DNA of 63,737 nt, the filler included, from Octopus bimaculoides (Eukaryota), in assembly GCF_001194135.2 (NCBI RefSeq). It is 7 parts of 7 records of this genome, joined end to end, with 100 filler letters (N's around TTAATTAATTAA, not from the genome) between each part and the next. Parts side by side here need not be neighbours in the genome. Positions count along the whole stretch, not along the records: positions 1 to 13,133 come from NC_068992.1; positions 13,234 to 25,282 come from NC_068994.1; 5 more parts are not named here. One strand, given 5' to 3'. The translations under genes were made by a program, and so were the position numbers. Shown one piece after another: positions 1 through 13,649 of this stretch. The notes beneath the pieces were generated by a model, which saw nothing but the letters and a program-made list of their open reading frames with translations, was not told the origin of the DNA and searched no databases. Numbering within the stretch: the stretch's first letter is position 1; the number at the start of each line of letters is the position of its first letter.

Positions 1-1
1 T

Positions 2-39
<38 letters not shown>

Positions 40-925
40 CAATCTGCATATGTTTGTGCTTGAATGGTATATGGCTGTGATAATAACTGTATATGCATAT
101 GCATGTATGTGTGTTTGTAGGTGTTCACGTGGATATGCATATATCTGTAGCTGTATTGTTCTGGATCTTCCATTGCAGAGGGCAGACTATGTCCTGAACA
201 AATTTGTCCGTGACAAATTCTGTTTCTCTGCGATGTTAACGATGTGCATAAGATGTCCCTCTCTAAACCAGTGATATGTCTAAGAGAAAGACTTCTGTCT
301 CAAAGCTGATACAGTTTGGAACCAATGCCATTGCAGGTGTTGCTGTCAGAATGCAACAAACTGGAACTTATAGCACTAGGTATCACTTCTGTCAATCTAC
401 CAACACGAAGAAAATAAAAGGTAAAGATGATCTCAAAACAATTTGAACTCAGGTCACAAGCAATGAACCTAACCTTCTATTGATTCAACCAATTTATTAG
501 TTTATGCGTGCTGCTGTTGTGTTCGTGCATGTATATATGCATGTGTGTGAGTGTAAAGTGTTTTCATTCCATCATTTGATTTCAGGTCACGAAAATTATA
601 TGTACACAATATCCTCCAAATATATTTTATTCCTAACGTCTTTAATATTCTAATCACTTAAATTATCGTCACTTTTAACCATTCAATTGTTCTCTATACT
701 CTTGCTTTATCACAGTATCTACAATAATTGTCAAAAACTGTAGAAGTGAAAAGAAGTTATGTTTGTCGCAAATCAAGACAGATTTGCACAGACATGAAAC
801 TTGAGTTGTCCCAGTAATTACAGCAAAAGAAAAAAAAGAAAAGAAAAGAAAAGAAAGAAGAAAAATTACTTTAAACTTTTCTACGAATTCTGTACTTCTA
901 CTTGTTGAATTTTATTCACACATTG

Positions 926-957
<32 letters not shown>

Positions 958-2226
958 TGTATGTATTTATGTATGTACGTATTAATATACATATACATGT
1001 ATGTATATGCGAGTGTGTGTGTATATGCGTGTATTTGTATATATACTTCCTATGTATGTAACTTTCATCTATATTATTATTTTCTAAATATTTAAAACAT
1101 CTGTTGATAAAAAGCTGTTAAACAAATAAATGAAAGAATAGAGATATACATTGAGTCTCACATTTATATGTGTATTTATTATAGGGAAAACTTAGAGGTA
1201 AATATATATAAAGAAGCGTACAATTGCTCTCATATACTCACGCAGAGATTTTAGGTTATAAAATACATCATGTACACATACACGCACACACATATATTGA
1301 TAAATAAATAGGTATGTTTATATGTATATGTGTGTATAGAGAGAGCAGACGTAATTGTAATGTGAATATATGCTAGTATGTATGTGTATCTACACAAGTA
1401 CGAAAAAAGTTTTGGAACAAAAAATTCTTCACTTTCTACATATCACAAAAGAATTAAAACAAGCCAGAACAATTAAAAGTTATACCTGGCCGTAAATCTG
1501 CCATGATCGCAATACATAAATTCTTGCAACGAATTCATTAGCATAGCTGCTGCAGTCAATTTACGATAGAATTATTCAAGTAGAATTCAAGACAAATTAA
1601 ATGAAGATAAACATCGTATATGTGATTGTAATGATTATTTTGGGTTTTCAGTGCAGGAATATTTTTGGAGTTAACTTAGATTCTGTAACCAAAAAGAAAA
1701 AAAAAAAAAGTTTAACCTTCTGGACTTTGATCATTAAAATATGATAATAGAATTCTAACATTTGTCTGTAGAGTAATGGATTGGTTAAAGAAACAACAGT
1801 ATAGAAGCTAAGGATTAAATTCATAAAATAAAAAAAATAAAAATTGAAAGCAATAAAAATATTTGAGAAAAAAATTGTCTAAAGTAAGTGCTAAAGGAGA
1901 TTTGAAAATGTGCAGCTGAATCTTAATTAATCAGAGGTCTTAGCCTTGTTTTATTAATTTAGTTAATTACTGCCTTCGTAAATGTTTGACAATATTTTTC
2001 AATTGATTTTCTTGAAATAATAGTGTAGTCAAGACGTCTGAACTGAGTTAATTATTTAAATGTTAAGTTATATACTCCCCTACCCAAATAAATGTTAATG
2101 TTATTTTAATTGTGTCTTTTTTTAATGATGGGATGGGTGGGAAGAAAAGCCTTTTTAGGACAGTTTTTTTAGGACGAGCAGAAAAATACTTTAGATACAA
2201 ATGCTTTCAAATTTTTGCACAAGGCC

Positions 2227-2555
2227 ATCAATTTTGGGAAGAGCATAAGCCAATTACATCGATTCCAATGTTCAACTGGTACTTATTTTATCAACCACGA
2301 AAGGATGAAGAGCATAGTTGAACTAGCTAACCACCTTACTAGTGAATATAATTAATATTATTTTCTACTCTAGGTACAAGGCCCGAAATTTTTGGGGAGA
2401 AGGCCAGTCTATTAGATCGAACCAGTACGCAACTGGTACTTATTTTATCAACCGCAAAAAGATAAAGAGCAAAGTCGAACCCGGTGGAATTGAACTCAGA
2501 AGGCAAAAACGGATGAAATGCCATTAAGACAGGCAAATCTGCCAGCTCACCACTT
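2227..2555 (-). mobile_element. Two partial SINE family A copies
   Basis: aactggtacttattttatcaacc...aaag-at-aaga motifs occur twice (about 2275 and 2433). Confidence 0.7.
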
Positions 2556-2872
2556 TACCAGTGAATATAATTAATATTAATATCGTAATGCACTTTATGA
2601 TATGTAAGTTCTCTCCTTTATTTTAACAAGATATTGAGATTAGTGTCGTCTTTTGAATAAAGTTTTGTTATATAGTTTCTATTATAAATACTTCTTATGA
2701 AAATAACTATAGAATTCAAATTTAAATATTAAATGAAGATACAACTCCTATGTCCTTTTCAACTCGTGCGCCATCCAAATATTCTTATCAATATTACAAT
2801 TTGTGATGGACAATAGCAAAAGAATAACAGTTAGAAAAAGAGAGTAAGATTTTAATTCGTTGTGGGTTGTTC

Positions 2873-3137
2873 ACGTGTGAAGGCACGTGGCTTACTCCCG
2901 GCAACGCGTTGTGTCCTTGAGCAAGACACTTTATTTCCTATTGCTCCAGTCCACTCAACTGGCGAAAATGAGCAGTACCCGTATTTCAAAGGGCCAGCCT
3001 TGTCCCACGCTGAATCTCGCTGAAATCTATGTTAAGGGTACACGTGTCTGGAATGTCACACATTAATTTCACGAGCAGACTGTTCTGTTGATTTGATGAA
3101 CTGGAACCCTTGTCGTCGTAACCGACAGAGTGTCAGT
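2873..3137 (+). mobile_element. tRNA-derived SINE family C (internally deleted head)
   Basis: tgtgaaggcacgtggctt...gtgtccttgagcaagacactt...ttgctccagtccactcaactg. The same central domain occurs at 5895-6070 (+) and 11225-11390 (-). Confidence 0.7.
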
Positions 3138-4297
3138 GCACTAGTTGTGCGACGAGAATGATGATGATGATGACGATGTTGATGGAGGTGATGGTGGTGA
3201 TGGAGGTGACAGGGATGATGATGACAATGACGATGAAGGCAAACGGCTACAAACATAATTACAAGGATGATGATAATGATGATGACAATGACGACACCGA
3301 CGATGATGATGATGGTGATAATGACGATGACGATGATGATGACAATTATGCTAATAATGATGAGGAGGAGTAGCAAGAGTATGGTAGATAATGGAGATAA
3401 TGTTGGTGATAAGAGAAATGATTGTGGTTTGTAGTGGTCATGTTTGAGACCAGATTTTGCATATCAAGGATGAATCAGGCACCTAAGAATGTTAATCACA
3501 AACAACACATGTCGAAAACATCTAAAAGTAGTACAAAACAAGGAACACAATAGCAGCTTTAGTATGATGATTTGTTGAAAATCTTAAAACTTTGAACCAA
3601 TACCTATCAATTTCGGTAATATTTTTCAATAAAACACAAAACAATTATCTTTAAATAGTATATTACTTTTATACATTATTTAAAAATAACCCCCACCCAA
3701 AAAAAACATATATTACTTTAAAAGCAAATATTCATACAAAAGTAAATACAAAAAAAAATTAACAAATTTCAAAACATCTTAGTGCCATATTGAAGTTCTC
3801 AAATTCTTTGTAATCTAAATTTACACCTTAAAGAAAATAAATAAATCTTTTTGTTCGCTTGTGTAAATTCTATTTATCAATCGTAGCCATCATTTAAGTA
3901 GATAATAGATGATATATCAGACAACAATTTGGTCTAATTTTACTTTACTTTGTTTTATCTTTATTTTAAACAGACTGAAAATGTTAGCAAATATCAATTT
4001 GTCTGCATACTTTATGACAATAAAGACAAATTGCATTGTGTCAAAATAGATGCCTGTTTCTAAACATATGAACAAGAAAACTCCTATTTTTTTGTGTATT
4101 TCAGTGAAAACACACACTCACACGTACACTCACACTTACACATACATGTACATTCAGAAACTCATAAACGTAAATATATGCCAGTGAAACTAAAACCAGC
4201 ATCTTATGACTATTTTAATGGTTATTTTTCTCTTGCAGTCTCTATGAATTAAACTATATTCACCTACATAGCTATGTGGTTAAGTAACTTCTTTAAA

Positions 4298-4361
<64 letters not shown>

Positions 4362-4376
4362 ATTATTATTATTATT

Positions 4377-4530
4377 GTTCAGTAGTTTTATTTTTATAAC
4401 GTGCTTTCACTTCACTACCGAGCGCAGCTCTGTGCGCCTTGGGTATGTGCTGTGGTTTGCTGTGGTGCTCTTATGTTTACTGTATTGAAAGTGTTTTGCG
4501 TAGAATGTGTGCAGTACCCAGTAGTGCATC
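4377..4530 (-). mobile_element. Very short 5'-truncated R4/Dong-type 3' end inside a (TAA)n array
   Basis: The minus strand encodes ALLGTAHILRKTLSIQ* (compare ALLGTAHILRKVLSV* of the 14.5-17 kb element) plus about 100 nt of 3' UTR. (AAT)n flanks both sides in the same orientation. Confidence 0.8.
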
Positions 4531-4531
4531 A

Positions 4532-4578
<47 letters not shown>

Positions 4579-4829
4579 GTAGTAGTAGTAGTAGTAGTAG
4601 NNNNNNNNNNNNNNNNNNNNNNNNNNNNNNNNNNNNNNNNNNNNNNNNNNNNNNNNNNNNNNNNNNNNNNNNNNNNNNNNNNNNNNNNNNNNNNNNNNNN
4701 NNNNNNNNNNNNNNNNNNNNNNNNNNNNNNNNNNNNNNNNNNNNNNNNNNNNNNNNNNNNNNNNNNNNNNNNNNNNNNNNNNNNNNNTTCAGGCCTTGTG
4801 CTTATAGTAGAAAGGATTATTATTATTAA

Positions 4830-5041
4830 GGCTGTGAGCTGGCAGAATCGGTAGCACGCGGGCTGAAAAGTTCACCGGTATTTCGTCCGTCTTTACGTTC
4901 TGGGTTCAAATTCCGCCAAGGTCGACTTTGCCGTTCATCCTGTCGGAATCGATGAAATAACCACCAGTTGAGCACTGGGGTAAGTATAATCGACTAGGGT
5001 CCCTCACCCAAATTTGAGGCCCCGTGCCAATAGCACAAAGG

Positions 5042-5043
<2 letters not shown>
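4830..5043 (+). mobile_element. SINE family A, full copy; preceded by the tail of another copy and followed by (ATT)n and a third head at about 5119
   Basis: Same head, body and tail as the 41-43 kb copies. Confidence 0.85.
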
Positions 5044-5098
<55 letters not shown>

Positions 5099-6899
5099 TT
5101 TATTTTTTTGTTTTTTTAAGACGGCGAGCTGGCTGAATTGTTAGCACGCTGGTTGAAATGCTTATCAGGACTTTGCCCGTTGCTATATTCTGAGTTCAAA
5201 TTCAGCCGACTTTCACTTTCTCTCTCTCTATGTCTAGAACAAGCCGACAACCATCAAACTGGAGAGAAATATGTCCTTATGGTACCTCTCTTTTAATCCT
5301 TCAGAAGTTAGAGGTTCAAGGAAAGAAGAAAATTATATGCATGTAAATACGTGTGTGTATGTGTGTGTGTATGTGTATGTATTTACGTGTGTGTGTGTGT
5401 GTGTGCGCCTATATGTGTATGTGTCCATACGTGTGTCTGTTTGTGTGTGTTTCTGTGTCTGTGTGTGCATGATACACAACACAGCATGACTCAAAATTAC
5501 TGATATAAATCTATGTATTAAAATGAGTAGCTTTGAAAAAAACATATAAAGGTAAACATATTCCTTCAATGCTCTTGGTGTGTTGATTGGAAAGACTCCT
5601 TTTGCAGTTTACTGACTGTTCCTTAGAGGATAACTTAATTCCCTTCACCAAGCTATAGAACAGAATATTCAACCATAATCTAAATCAGTCATAAATTTAG
5701 CCATAAATTTAATGGATTGTTAGATTTGCATATTTGTGCTTTTGACTGCTGATTACTAATTTTGCGATGTACTTTATGCTTAACTCAGCATGAGATAGAA
5801 TGACTTATATAAATTTAGATATTAGAAAGCCTAACTGTGAAAGGAAGATATAAGAATGTAAACATTTTTCTCTATCGTTTTGTATTCTTAACCAAAATAT
5901 TTCATTTCACATTGCTTCAGTCCACTCAGCTGTACATAGGTAAGCTTGTAATTGGCTAACGTTCTGTTTGCCTAGCCAGTGGGGTGGCATCATTTGAAAT
6001 CTCTCACAATGTGAGGAAGTGTATTGTGGCTAGCGAGTATAACAACATCGGATAGTCAGGTTAACGAAATAATACAGTGATAGAGATAAGATACAAATAA
6101 ACAAAAACGATGAAAGGATGTCATTAAAAACTGAACAATTAATGTTTTTAATTAGTGATCACTATTGATAGCAGCATTATCACAACCTGTGGCAATTATT
6201 AAATTTATGAGTGGGATGTGTATTTTAAATTTAATGTATATCTTAAATTGATGTATAATTTAAATATAATGATAAGTTGGTTAATGGGCCATAGGTTTAG
6301 GATATAAAAAATAAATATCAAATGTATCAGAGAAAGTGAAATGAATGTTTATAGATAAGAAAGGAAGACTCTAAATTTTGTGATTATTTTTATTATCTAG
6401 ATCACCACCGTCATCATCATCAAATGAAATAATTAGACGATTAGATCAGGTACGATTTAAATTAAATGAAAGATAGGTTGATGATTTGATAATACTTAAT
6501 AGATAAAAATTAACTAGAAACACCATAATTATCCAGTGGATAATTATCGATCCATTAGATCTGGAAGAACGTCGGTGAAATTTTAATTTGGGGAAAAAGA
6601 AGTGTTTCAAAAACTATATTATGCAAATTGAATTAAGGCTGATTTTTTCCCCAATTAGTAATATTAAACAAATAAAAAAAAAGTGTTTAAGGAATTAAAA
6701 CTTTATAAGAGCAAGAAATTGTGATCTGAATTTAAACTTTTAATTTTTAAAAAAAGCATATCACAGTTTTAAACAAAGAAAAAGGATTGCTAACCAAAAA
6801 TTTTAATTTAAATTAAATTTTCTAGAATTAAAAAACATAACTTGCCTGAGAATTAGCCATTAAGGTATGATAGAGACATTTTTAGTAATAGTTTTAAAT

Positions 6900-7103
6900 T
6901 TTGGTACAGGTCCAGTAGTTTTGAAGGTAAGGCAAAGTTAATTATAGTGACCCCAGTATTTAACTGGTACTTATTTCACCGACTCTAAAAGGATGAAAGG
7001 CTAATGTGACCTTGGTAGTATTTGAACTCAGAACAATGAAGCTAGACAAAATACCGTTAAGCATTTTATCTGACACGCTAGCTGTTTTGCCAGCTCACCA
7101 CCA
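6900..7103 (-). mobile_element. SINE family A
   Basis: Reverse-complement family motifs (aactggtacttattt...tttgaactcagaac...ctgttttgccagctcacc). Confidence 0.75.
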
Positions 7104-7756
7104 GAGCAATTTTTAACAATGTTTATGAGAAAGTATGGAAGAGAATAATATAAAGATGACAGGAAAGACAAAAACATTAACTAAAGCACATATATCATAA
7201 TATTATTAAATTGTAGGATTTGAAGAAGACATTGTCAAATAATAATGATACGGACAATACTAATAAAAATATTATTATGGCTAGTAACAGCAGTTAGTTA
7301 TAAATTGTGGAGCAGTGTAAGGTATACCTATGGGAAGATAGAAGAATAAAAGGCAATACAGTGCAAGCAAAAGTATGCGCAAGGCATGCTGATAAGGAAA
7401 CTGTAGATGAGGGAATGAAACAGGGTGAATATAGATGGTCAATTATAGTGATAGTACAGTTGAGGAAAATTGTTGGAAATCTAATCATATGAAAATGTTT
7501 TTAAAATCGAATAAATGAAAAACTTACTACTTTCAGTAAGCCCCAGCAACATCATTGACTTTGTTATTCAAATTCCATCCATTTCCTTCATTAACTATTA
7601 TTCTCTGAGCTTAGCTTGAGTCTTAATTATGCAAATTGTCCTTCGCCAAAAATGTACTAAATTCAATATCTCTATGATAATTTTGTATAAAACTGATTAG
7701 TGGTAAATAAGGACAATCCTATGTTGATGTGATTACACCAAGTTCAAAATGTGTTC

Positions 7757-8340
7757 ATAGATGGAAATGCGATCCAAAAGGTTCTTCTCACTCAACTCAT
7801 GTGGTACCCAACCATCGTAGCGATTTGTGTACCCAAGCTTTACCAGGTGCTCATGAACGACGGATTTTGATAGGTTGAGGCTTTCTGCCAATTCTCGGGT
7901 TGTGCAATGTGGGTTATTCTCAATTAATGACTTGATTTGGTCACCATCTGTTGTGGATGATCTGCCTGATCGCTCTTTATCAATAAGGCTACAATCTCCA
8001 GCTCGGAACCTTGCGAACCACTTCCGCACAGTTCTTTCGGATAAAGAAACATCACCGTAAATAGCGCATATTTCTTTGGTTGCTTGTGAGGCATTTTTTT
8101 CCTTTACGGAAAAAGAAAAGCATCAAGTGCCGAAAATGAACTTTCTTATCTTCCATTTTAAAGGGTTACAGAATTAACACAGGTTATAGGAACATAAACC
8201 TACTTCCACGAAAAGATAGCTTAAACTGTGCTGTAAATGGAGGTGTAGTCAAATCCTATTTTATGGATTCAACCATGTTTTAAAATAAGTTGAAAGGTAA
8301 GCTACTATAAATCGGCACGAACTTTCCGGACAACCAAATA
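7757..8340 (-). mobile_element. Mariner (Tc1/mariner) 5' half with left TIR, truncated
   Basis: TIR TATTTGGTTGTCCGGAAAGTTCGTGCCGAT ends at 8340. ATG at 8156 (MEDKKVHFRHLMLFFFRKG), a +1 frameshift in an A-run, then RKWFARFR...RSGR...TTRELAESL...GWVPHELSEKN. No catalytic domain or right TIR seen. Confidence 0.88.
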
Positions 8341-9239
8341 CTTAATTATATTGTCCGTTATAATTTTGTTGTTTTGTGTATCTGTGTGTGGGGGGGGGAT
8401 GTATGTGTTGCGTGCTTTTGTGCATACACTATAATTCAATGAATGCGGAATGTGTAATCTCGTCTATCGAACAATGAGAAACGTCCGTTATGTAACAACA
8501 TACATTCATATGGTTATATATAAAATTGCATGCCCAAATATATCATTGTTGTTATTGTTGTTTAAGAACATAATTTTGAATAATAATTATATCAAATACA
8601 TTCACTGTGAGAGATACACTAAATATTCTTAATAAGAGAAAAATAAAGATTTGTTTTAGGAACCAATTGCTGAAATTTCCCATCCCCTCATTTCACAGTG
8701 ATTACATAATTTGTTCCAAATATATTACCATTAATTTTAAAGCTAAACCATTTTGTTTTTCGTCGAAACACAATCATGGAATCTACTTCATTGTCAGTAA
8801 TTTAAATTTTTATCATATTTGCTTTCCAAAATTTTCCATATTACTTTAATTTACTTTCTGTTCTTCATTTACAATATAATTCTTCTTTTGGGTTTTACTG
8901 AAATTACATCACTACATAAATAATTAAGGTAGAATAACATAATTGGTATCAGGGAAATGTGAAATTGGCAAAAAAGACAATAGAAGAAAAGAAAAGAAAA
9001 TATTCTTAAATGTTTATTTTGTACTTTTCCTATTCAGTAATGGTCACGCTTGAAGATTAAAACGAAGCTTTCTCATGTTGGTTTTGAATCAAAGTCGGAG
9101 GCGATTCATTACAGATGCTGCAATGATTACTTTGGAAGCTGACTGAACATCACAGCATTTCAATTCACATTCCCTATAAATCTGAGGTTCTGGGTATGTA
9201 CAAGACATCAATATTTTTACTTAATAATCATGAACTTTA

Positions 9240-9400
9240 TCTTTTTTATCGATCTCCAGTGTCCATTTAGAATTTGCACAAAAACCTAGATATATCTGGT
9301 TTCACTGAGAAAGAGCAAAAGAAACTGACGCACTTTCTCCAAATTCAATCTATTAGTGGCACAGTGAAGATGTGTAAGATATTCTCCTTCTGAGATTCTT
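9240..9400 (+). mobile_element. Old C-terminal remnant of an RLE-type non-LTR retrotransposon
   Basis: NLHKNLDISGFTEKEQKKLTHFLQIQSISGTVKMCKIF resembles RLE-clade ORF ends (x-GT-x-x-I/M terminal motif). Recognised from memory only. Confidence 0.4.
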
Positions 9401-12108
9401 ATGTGAGTAGATACACACACTAGGGTATATACATCGATAGTTCAACTAACACACCAAATCAATGGCATACTTAAAAACACCAGCAATTCTTTTAACTCAA
9501 GAAGCCTTGTCGCTTTCTTCGTGATAGCTTGAGCTATCTCAAGAAAAACGTGAATGAAACTCAAAGAAAAACATACATACATACATACACTAAAAGAGAA
9601 GATAATGAATCATTGATCACAGGTTTGCAAGATTAAGGCTAACCTGATACTAACCATCAAAAACATTTACAGTATTCTGGCGGTAGTCCCGATGAAATTA
9701 CGACATTTCATTTCTTACAAAAAAGACATTCCACATCAACATATATCTCCATACTGTTAAAGAAGAGGAAGTGCACCAGACCAAAGATAATTGTAGAGAG
9801 AATGTTATCAGCCACTACATCTTTTTTAAATAGCAAATATCCAAATACAAAGGTAACTGATAATTCATAGAATAGTTAAGTCAGCGTAGTTACTGAAAGG
9901 AGTCAATAATCAACATTTTGTTCTCTTGTTCTTCATTTCAAGGTAAGGAGTATATATATATATANNNNNNNNNNNNNNNNNNNNNNNNNNNNNNNNNNNN
10001 NNNNNNNNNNNNNNNNNNNNNNNNNNNNNNNNNNNNNNNNNNNNNNNNNNNNNNNNNNNNNNNNNNNNNNNNNNNNNNNNNNNNNNNNNNNNNNNNNNNN
10101 NNNNNNNNNNNNNNNNNNNNNNNNNNNNNNNNNNNNNNNNNNNNNNNNNNNNNNNNNNNNNNNNNNNNNNNNNNNNNNNNNNNNNNNNNNNNNNNNNNNN
10201 NNNNNNNNNNNNNNNNNNNNNNNNNNNNNNNNNNNNNNNNNNNNNNNNNNNNNNNNNNNNNNNNNNNNNNNNNNNNNNNNNNNNNNNNNNNNNNNNNNNN
10301 NNNNNNNNNNNNNNNNNNNNNNNNNNNNNNNNNNNNNNNNNNNNNNNNNNNNNNNNNNNNNNNNNNNNNNNNNNNNNNNNNNNNNNNNNNNNNNNNNNNN
10401 NNNNNNNNNNNNNNNNNNNNNNNNNNNNNNNNNNNNNNNNNNNNNNNNNNNNNNNNNNNNNNNNNNNNNNNNNNNNNNNNNNNNNNNNNNNNNNNNNNNN
10501 NNNNNNNNNNNNNNNNNNNNNNNNNNNNNNNNNNNNNNNNNNNNNNNNNNNNNNNNNNNNNNNNNNNNNNNNNNNNNNNNNNNNNNNNNNNNNNNNNNNN
10601 NNNNNNNNNNNNNNNNNNNNNNNNNNNNNNNNNNNNNNNNNNNNNNNNNNNNNNNNNNNNNNNNNNNNNNNNNNNNNNNNNNNNNNNNNNNNNNNNNNNN
10701 NNNNNNNNNNNNNNNNNNNNNNNNNNNNNNNNNNNNNNNNNAAAACTTTCTTATTAAAAAATAAATTGTTCTTATGTATGGCGGCTTTTGAATCACCCTG
10801 TAGAGAGGAAGAAAGAGGACTTGCAGCCAAAGCTACAACACTCTCTTTACGTTTCTCTCGAGTGATGAGGAAGGCCCCAAAATATTAGATCAATCGTTTC
10901 TGGCAGCGACTGAACAGATTGAATTCTACTACGAACTTCTCTATCTTGTTACCATCATACGCATAATGTCACCGTGGTCAACTTTGCCTCTCGTATCTCT
11001 GGGGGGGGGGGTCTATAAAATAATGTATCTACCAGTCAAGTGCTGAGTTTGATGACATTACCTACTCTAACTCTTTTCAAATTTACTGGCATTGTGTTTA
11101 AATTGTGTAGTCTAGCTTTGAACTCATGATCATCAATTTACTGGCATAAAGCTTAAAACAACATCATCTAGTGGAGGTAATCATCAATAGCCATTAATAG
11201 CCTGCATTTTAAGACTTAGGGCCGATGGCCTACGAGGCTCCATCCTGGATCAGATTAGATTCATTTTCAACTGAGTGGACTGGAGTAACATAAAATGAAA
11301 TGTTTTTATCCAAGAACATTGCAGATCTGCTTGGCCTGGAAATCGAAATCGCAAGCTGAACGTGATGATTGCGCCTTCACAAGATTTTAAATACTCAACT
11401 CATTATCTAAGCTAAAAGAAATAAAAAGCTAAATAGAAATAACAAATCTACATTGCAATTATTTGAAATAGAAAAAGGAATAACAAAATAAGAATAAAGA
11501 TGAATACGTTAGTTTTCAGATGATTAAAGAATAAGAAATCAACCACAGTTAACAATATCAAAAACAAAAATTAATCATTGCAACTACTTTCTATATTTGT
11601 GATATATATTCTTTATAGAATTTTGTTATTTTCTGCTTAATACAATTGTTTATATAGCCACACATTAAAAATTAATAAACAATTGTAATAAAATTATATT
11701 ACAGGTATTTTAAGCATTGAATAATACAATATGTTGCAAATTTTAATAGTTTGCCAGACAACAGAGTTAGTAAACTGCATCAGTGAATTGGTTTTATAAG
11801 ATTAAATAAATTGTAAACGTACAAACGATTTCTTGTTTCATAAATGATTGTTAGTGACGGCATATGGTCTCATACAACAACAGACTTCATATTAATTTTA
11901 ATCCCGGCATGTCTCAGTACACCTTTTCTCTTTAAATCGGAAAAAGAAAATTAAAAAGATGCAGTATATTTAAGTAATATATAATAAACAAATGAAAAGT
12001 GTTGGCATGACAGTGTGTTTAAAAAATTTGTTTTCCAACCACCAGATTGCGGATACCATTCCTCTTTGTAGCACCTTGGGCAAGTGTCTTCTAATATAAC
12101 TCTGAGCT

Positions 12109-12637
12109 ATGGCGGAAAGTTGGCTGAATCGTTAGCGCGCCGAGAATATTGCTTAGCAGTATTCCGTCTGTCTTTTGTTCTGGGGCTAAACGAGATCATG
12201 AACATCATAGTTGTCAAATTATGCCGAGGTCGACTTTGCCTTTCATCCTTTCGAGGTCGATAAAATAAGTTGCAATTAAGTATTGGGGTCGATGTAATCG
12301 ACTTACCGCCTCCCTTGCAGTTGTTGACCTTGTGCCAAAATTTGAAACACTCGGCTATATGCTAATCTGCCCCAGTTGTCAGGAAGACACTCGGCAAGAA
12401 ATGAAAACAAATTTGAAAGAAGATGCTAATGAAAATAATAATAGTTTCAAATTTTGGCTCAAGGCCAGCAGTTTCGATTATATCGATTCCAGTGCTCAAC
12501 TGATACTTATTTTATCAACACCGAAAGGATGAAAAGTAAAGTCGACCTTGGAAGAATTTGAACTCAGTACGTAAAGACGGACGAAATGCGGCTAAGTATT
12601 TTGTCCGGCTTGCTAACGATTCTGCCACCTCGCCTTC
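12109..12637. mobile_element. Two convergent SINE family A copies (+ 12109-12347, - 12455-12637)
   Basis: Family consensus motifs on opposite strands. Confidence 0.8.
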
Positions 12638-12720
<83 letters not shown>

Positions 12721-12727
<7 letters not shown>

Positions 12728-12780
12728 CCGGGGAAGTGAAAATAACACCGGGGAAGTAAGAAAATAACACCGGGGAAGTT
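12721..12780 (+). repeat. Three copies of AATAACACCGGGGAAGT at the end of an (AAT)n tract
   Basis: Read directly; the spacing is irregular. Confidence 0.85.
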
Positions 12781-13133
12781 TAACATGTGAGTACGATAAA
12801 TCACTGCTCCGAAACTTATCCAAAAACATCGGAAATAAAGACATCGCATGGAGCCCAAATATAGCTGACAAAGGGTTGGACTATACCCGAGTAAGTAATA
12901 CTCATTGAAATTTATTCCTATTTTTCCAAATATAATGATGTATTTTAACTTGATACCTCCACTACCCGCACAGCGATCGTAAACACACGTGTTACATCAA
13001 ACTCAGACCATCTTCGAACCCCAAAACACCATGTACAAAAAAATTACAAACATATTAAATAACACCGGTATTATTTCACCCAAGAATAACAACCGAGAAG
13101 TACGTACTGTAAGCTTGTTAAGAAAAAAATACG

Positions 13134-13233
13134 NNNNNNNNNNNNNNNNNNNNNNNNNNNNNNNNNNNNNNNNNNNNTTAATTAATTAANNNNNNNNNNN
13201 NNNNNNNNNNNNNNNNNNNNNNNNNNNNNNNNN
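13134..13233. other. Artificial scaffolding linker (44 N + TTAATTAATTAA + 44 N)
   Basis: Exact 100-bp geometry, repeated six times in the window. Confidence 0.95.
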
Positions 13234-13283
<50 letters not shown>

Positions 13284-13339
13284 CACACACATATGTATGT
13301 TTCCCTCGTGTAAAGCCCTGTATCAATAAACAACTGATG

Positions 13340-13640
13340 ACTCAGATCTGGACATGCAGAGATAAATCTATATTACCTGTTGGGCTAGTATGCAATACCT
13401 CGCTATGACAACGGCGTTACATATGTTGGATCTGTGGAAGGAAAATTTAAATCCAGATACAGGAACCATCTTTCAAACTTTAGACAAGCCGCGAAGAGAC
13501 ATGCACCAATCATCTCGGCATTAATCTGGAAACTTAAGGATGAGAACATCAGCTACAACATCAAATGGAAGATCCTTCTATGACCAAACCTTATATTAAC
13601 GGGTCAAAATATGCTCCATAGGCTCGCTTGAAAAACTGTA
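13340..13640 (+). mobile_element. Penelope-like element GIY-YIG endonuclease fragment
   Basis: The frame from 13407 reads DNGVTYVGSVEGKFKSRYRNHLSNFRQAAKRHAPIISALIWKLKDENISYNIKWKIL, matching the YVG...R...H...F and IW-x-LK...I-x-W-x-I pattern of PLE endonucleases. Confidence 0.8.
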
Positions 13641-13649
13641 TCCTTTAAG

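Noticed and set aside
3056-3376. Asp/Met-rich and His/Ile-rich ORFs
   Set aside because: Translations of an imperfect (GAT)n microsatellite trailing a SINE; no splice or domain support.
4830-4925. tRNA gene-like A/B boxes in SINE heads (here and in many copies)
   Set aside because: Each continues into a shared SINE body and tail, and none forms a complete cloverleaf.
6525-6547. Perfect 11-bp-arm palindrome ATAATTATCCA-G-TGGATAATTAT
   Set aside because: Short, AT-rich and isolated; no Helitron CTRR end or other context.
12780-13133. Possible Penelope RT-thumb region joined to the GIY-YIG at 13340
   Set aside because: Similarity is too weak, and an artificial linker separates the two parts.
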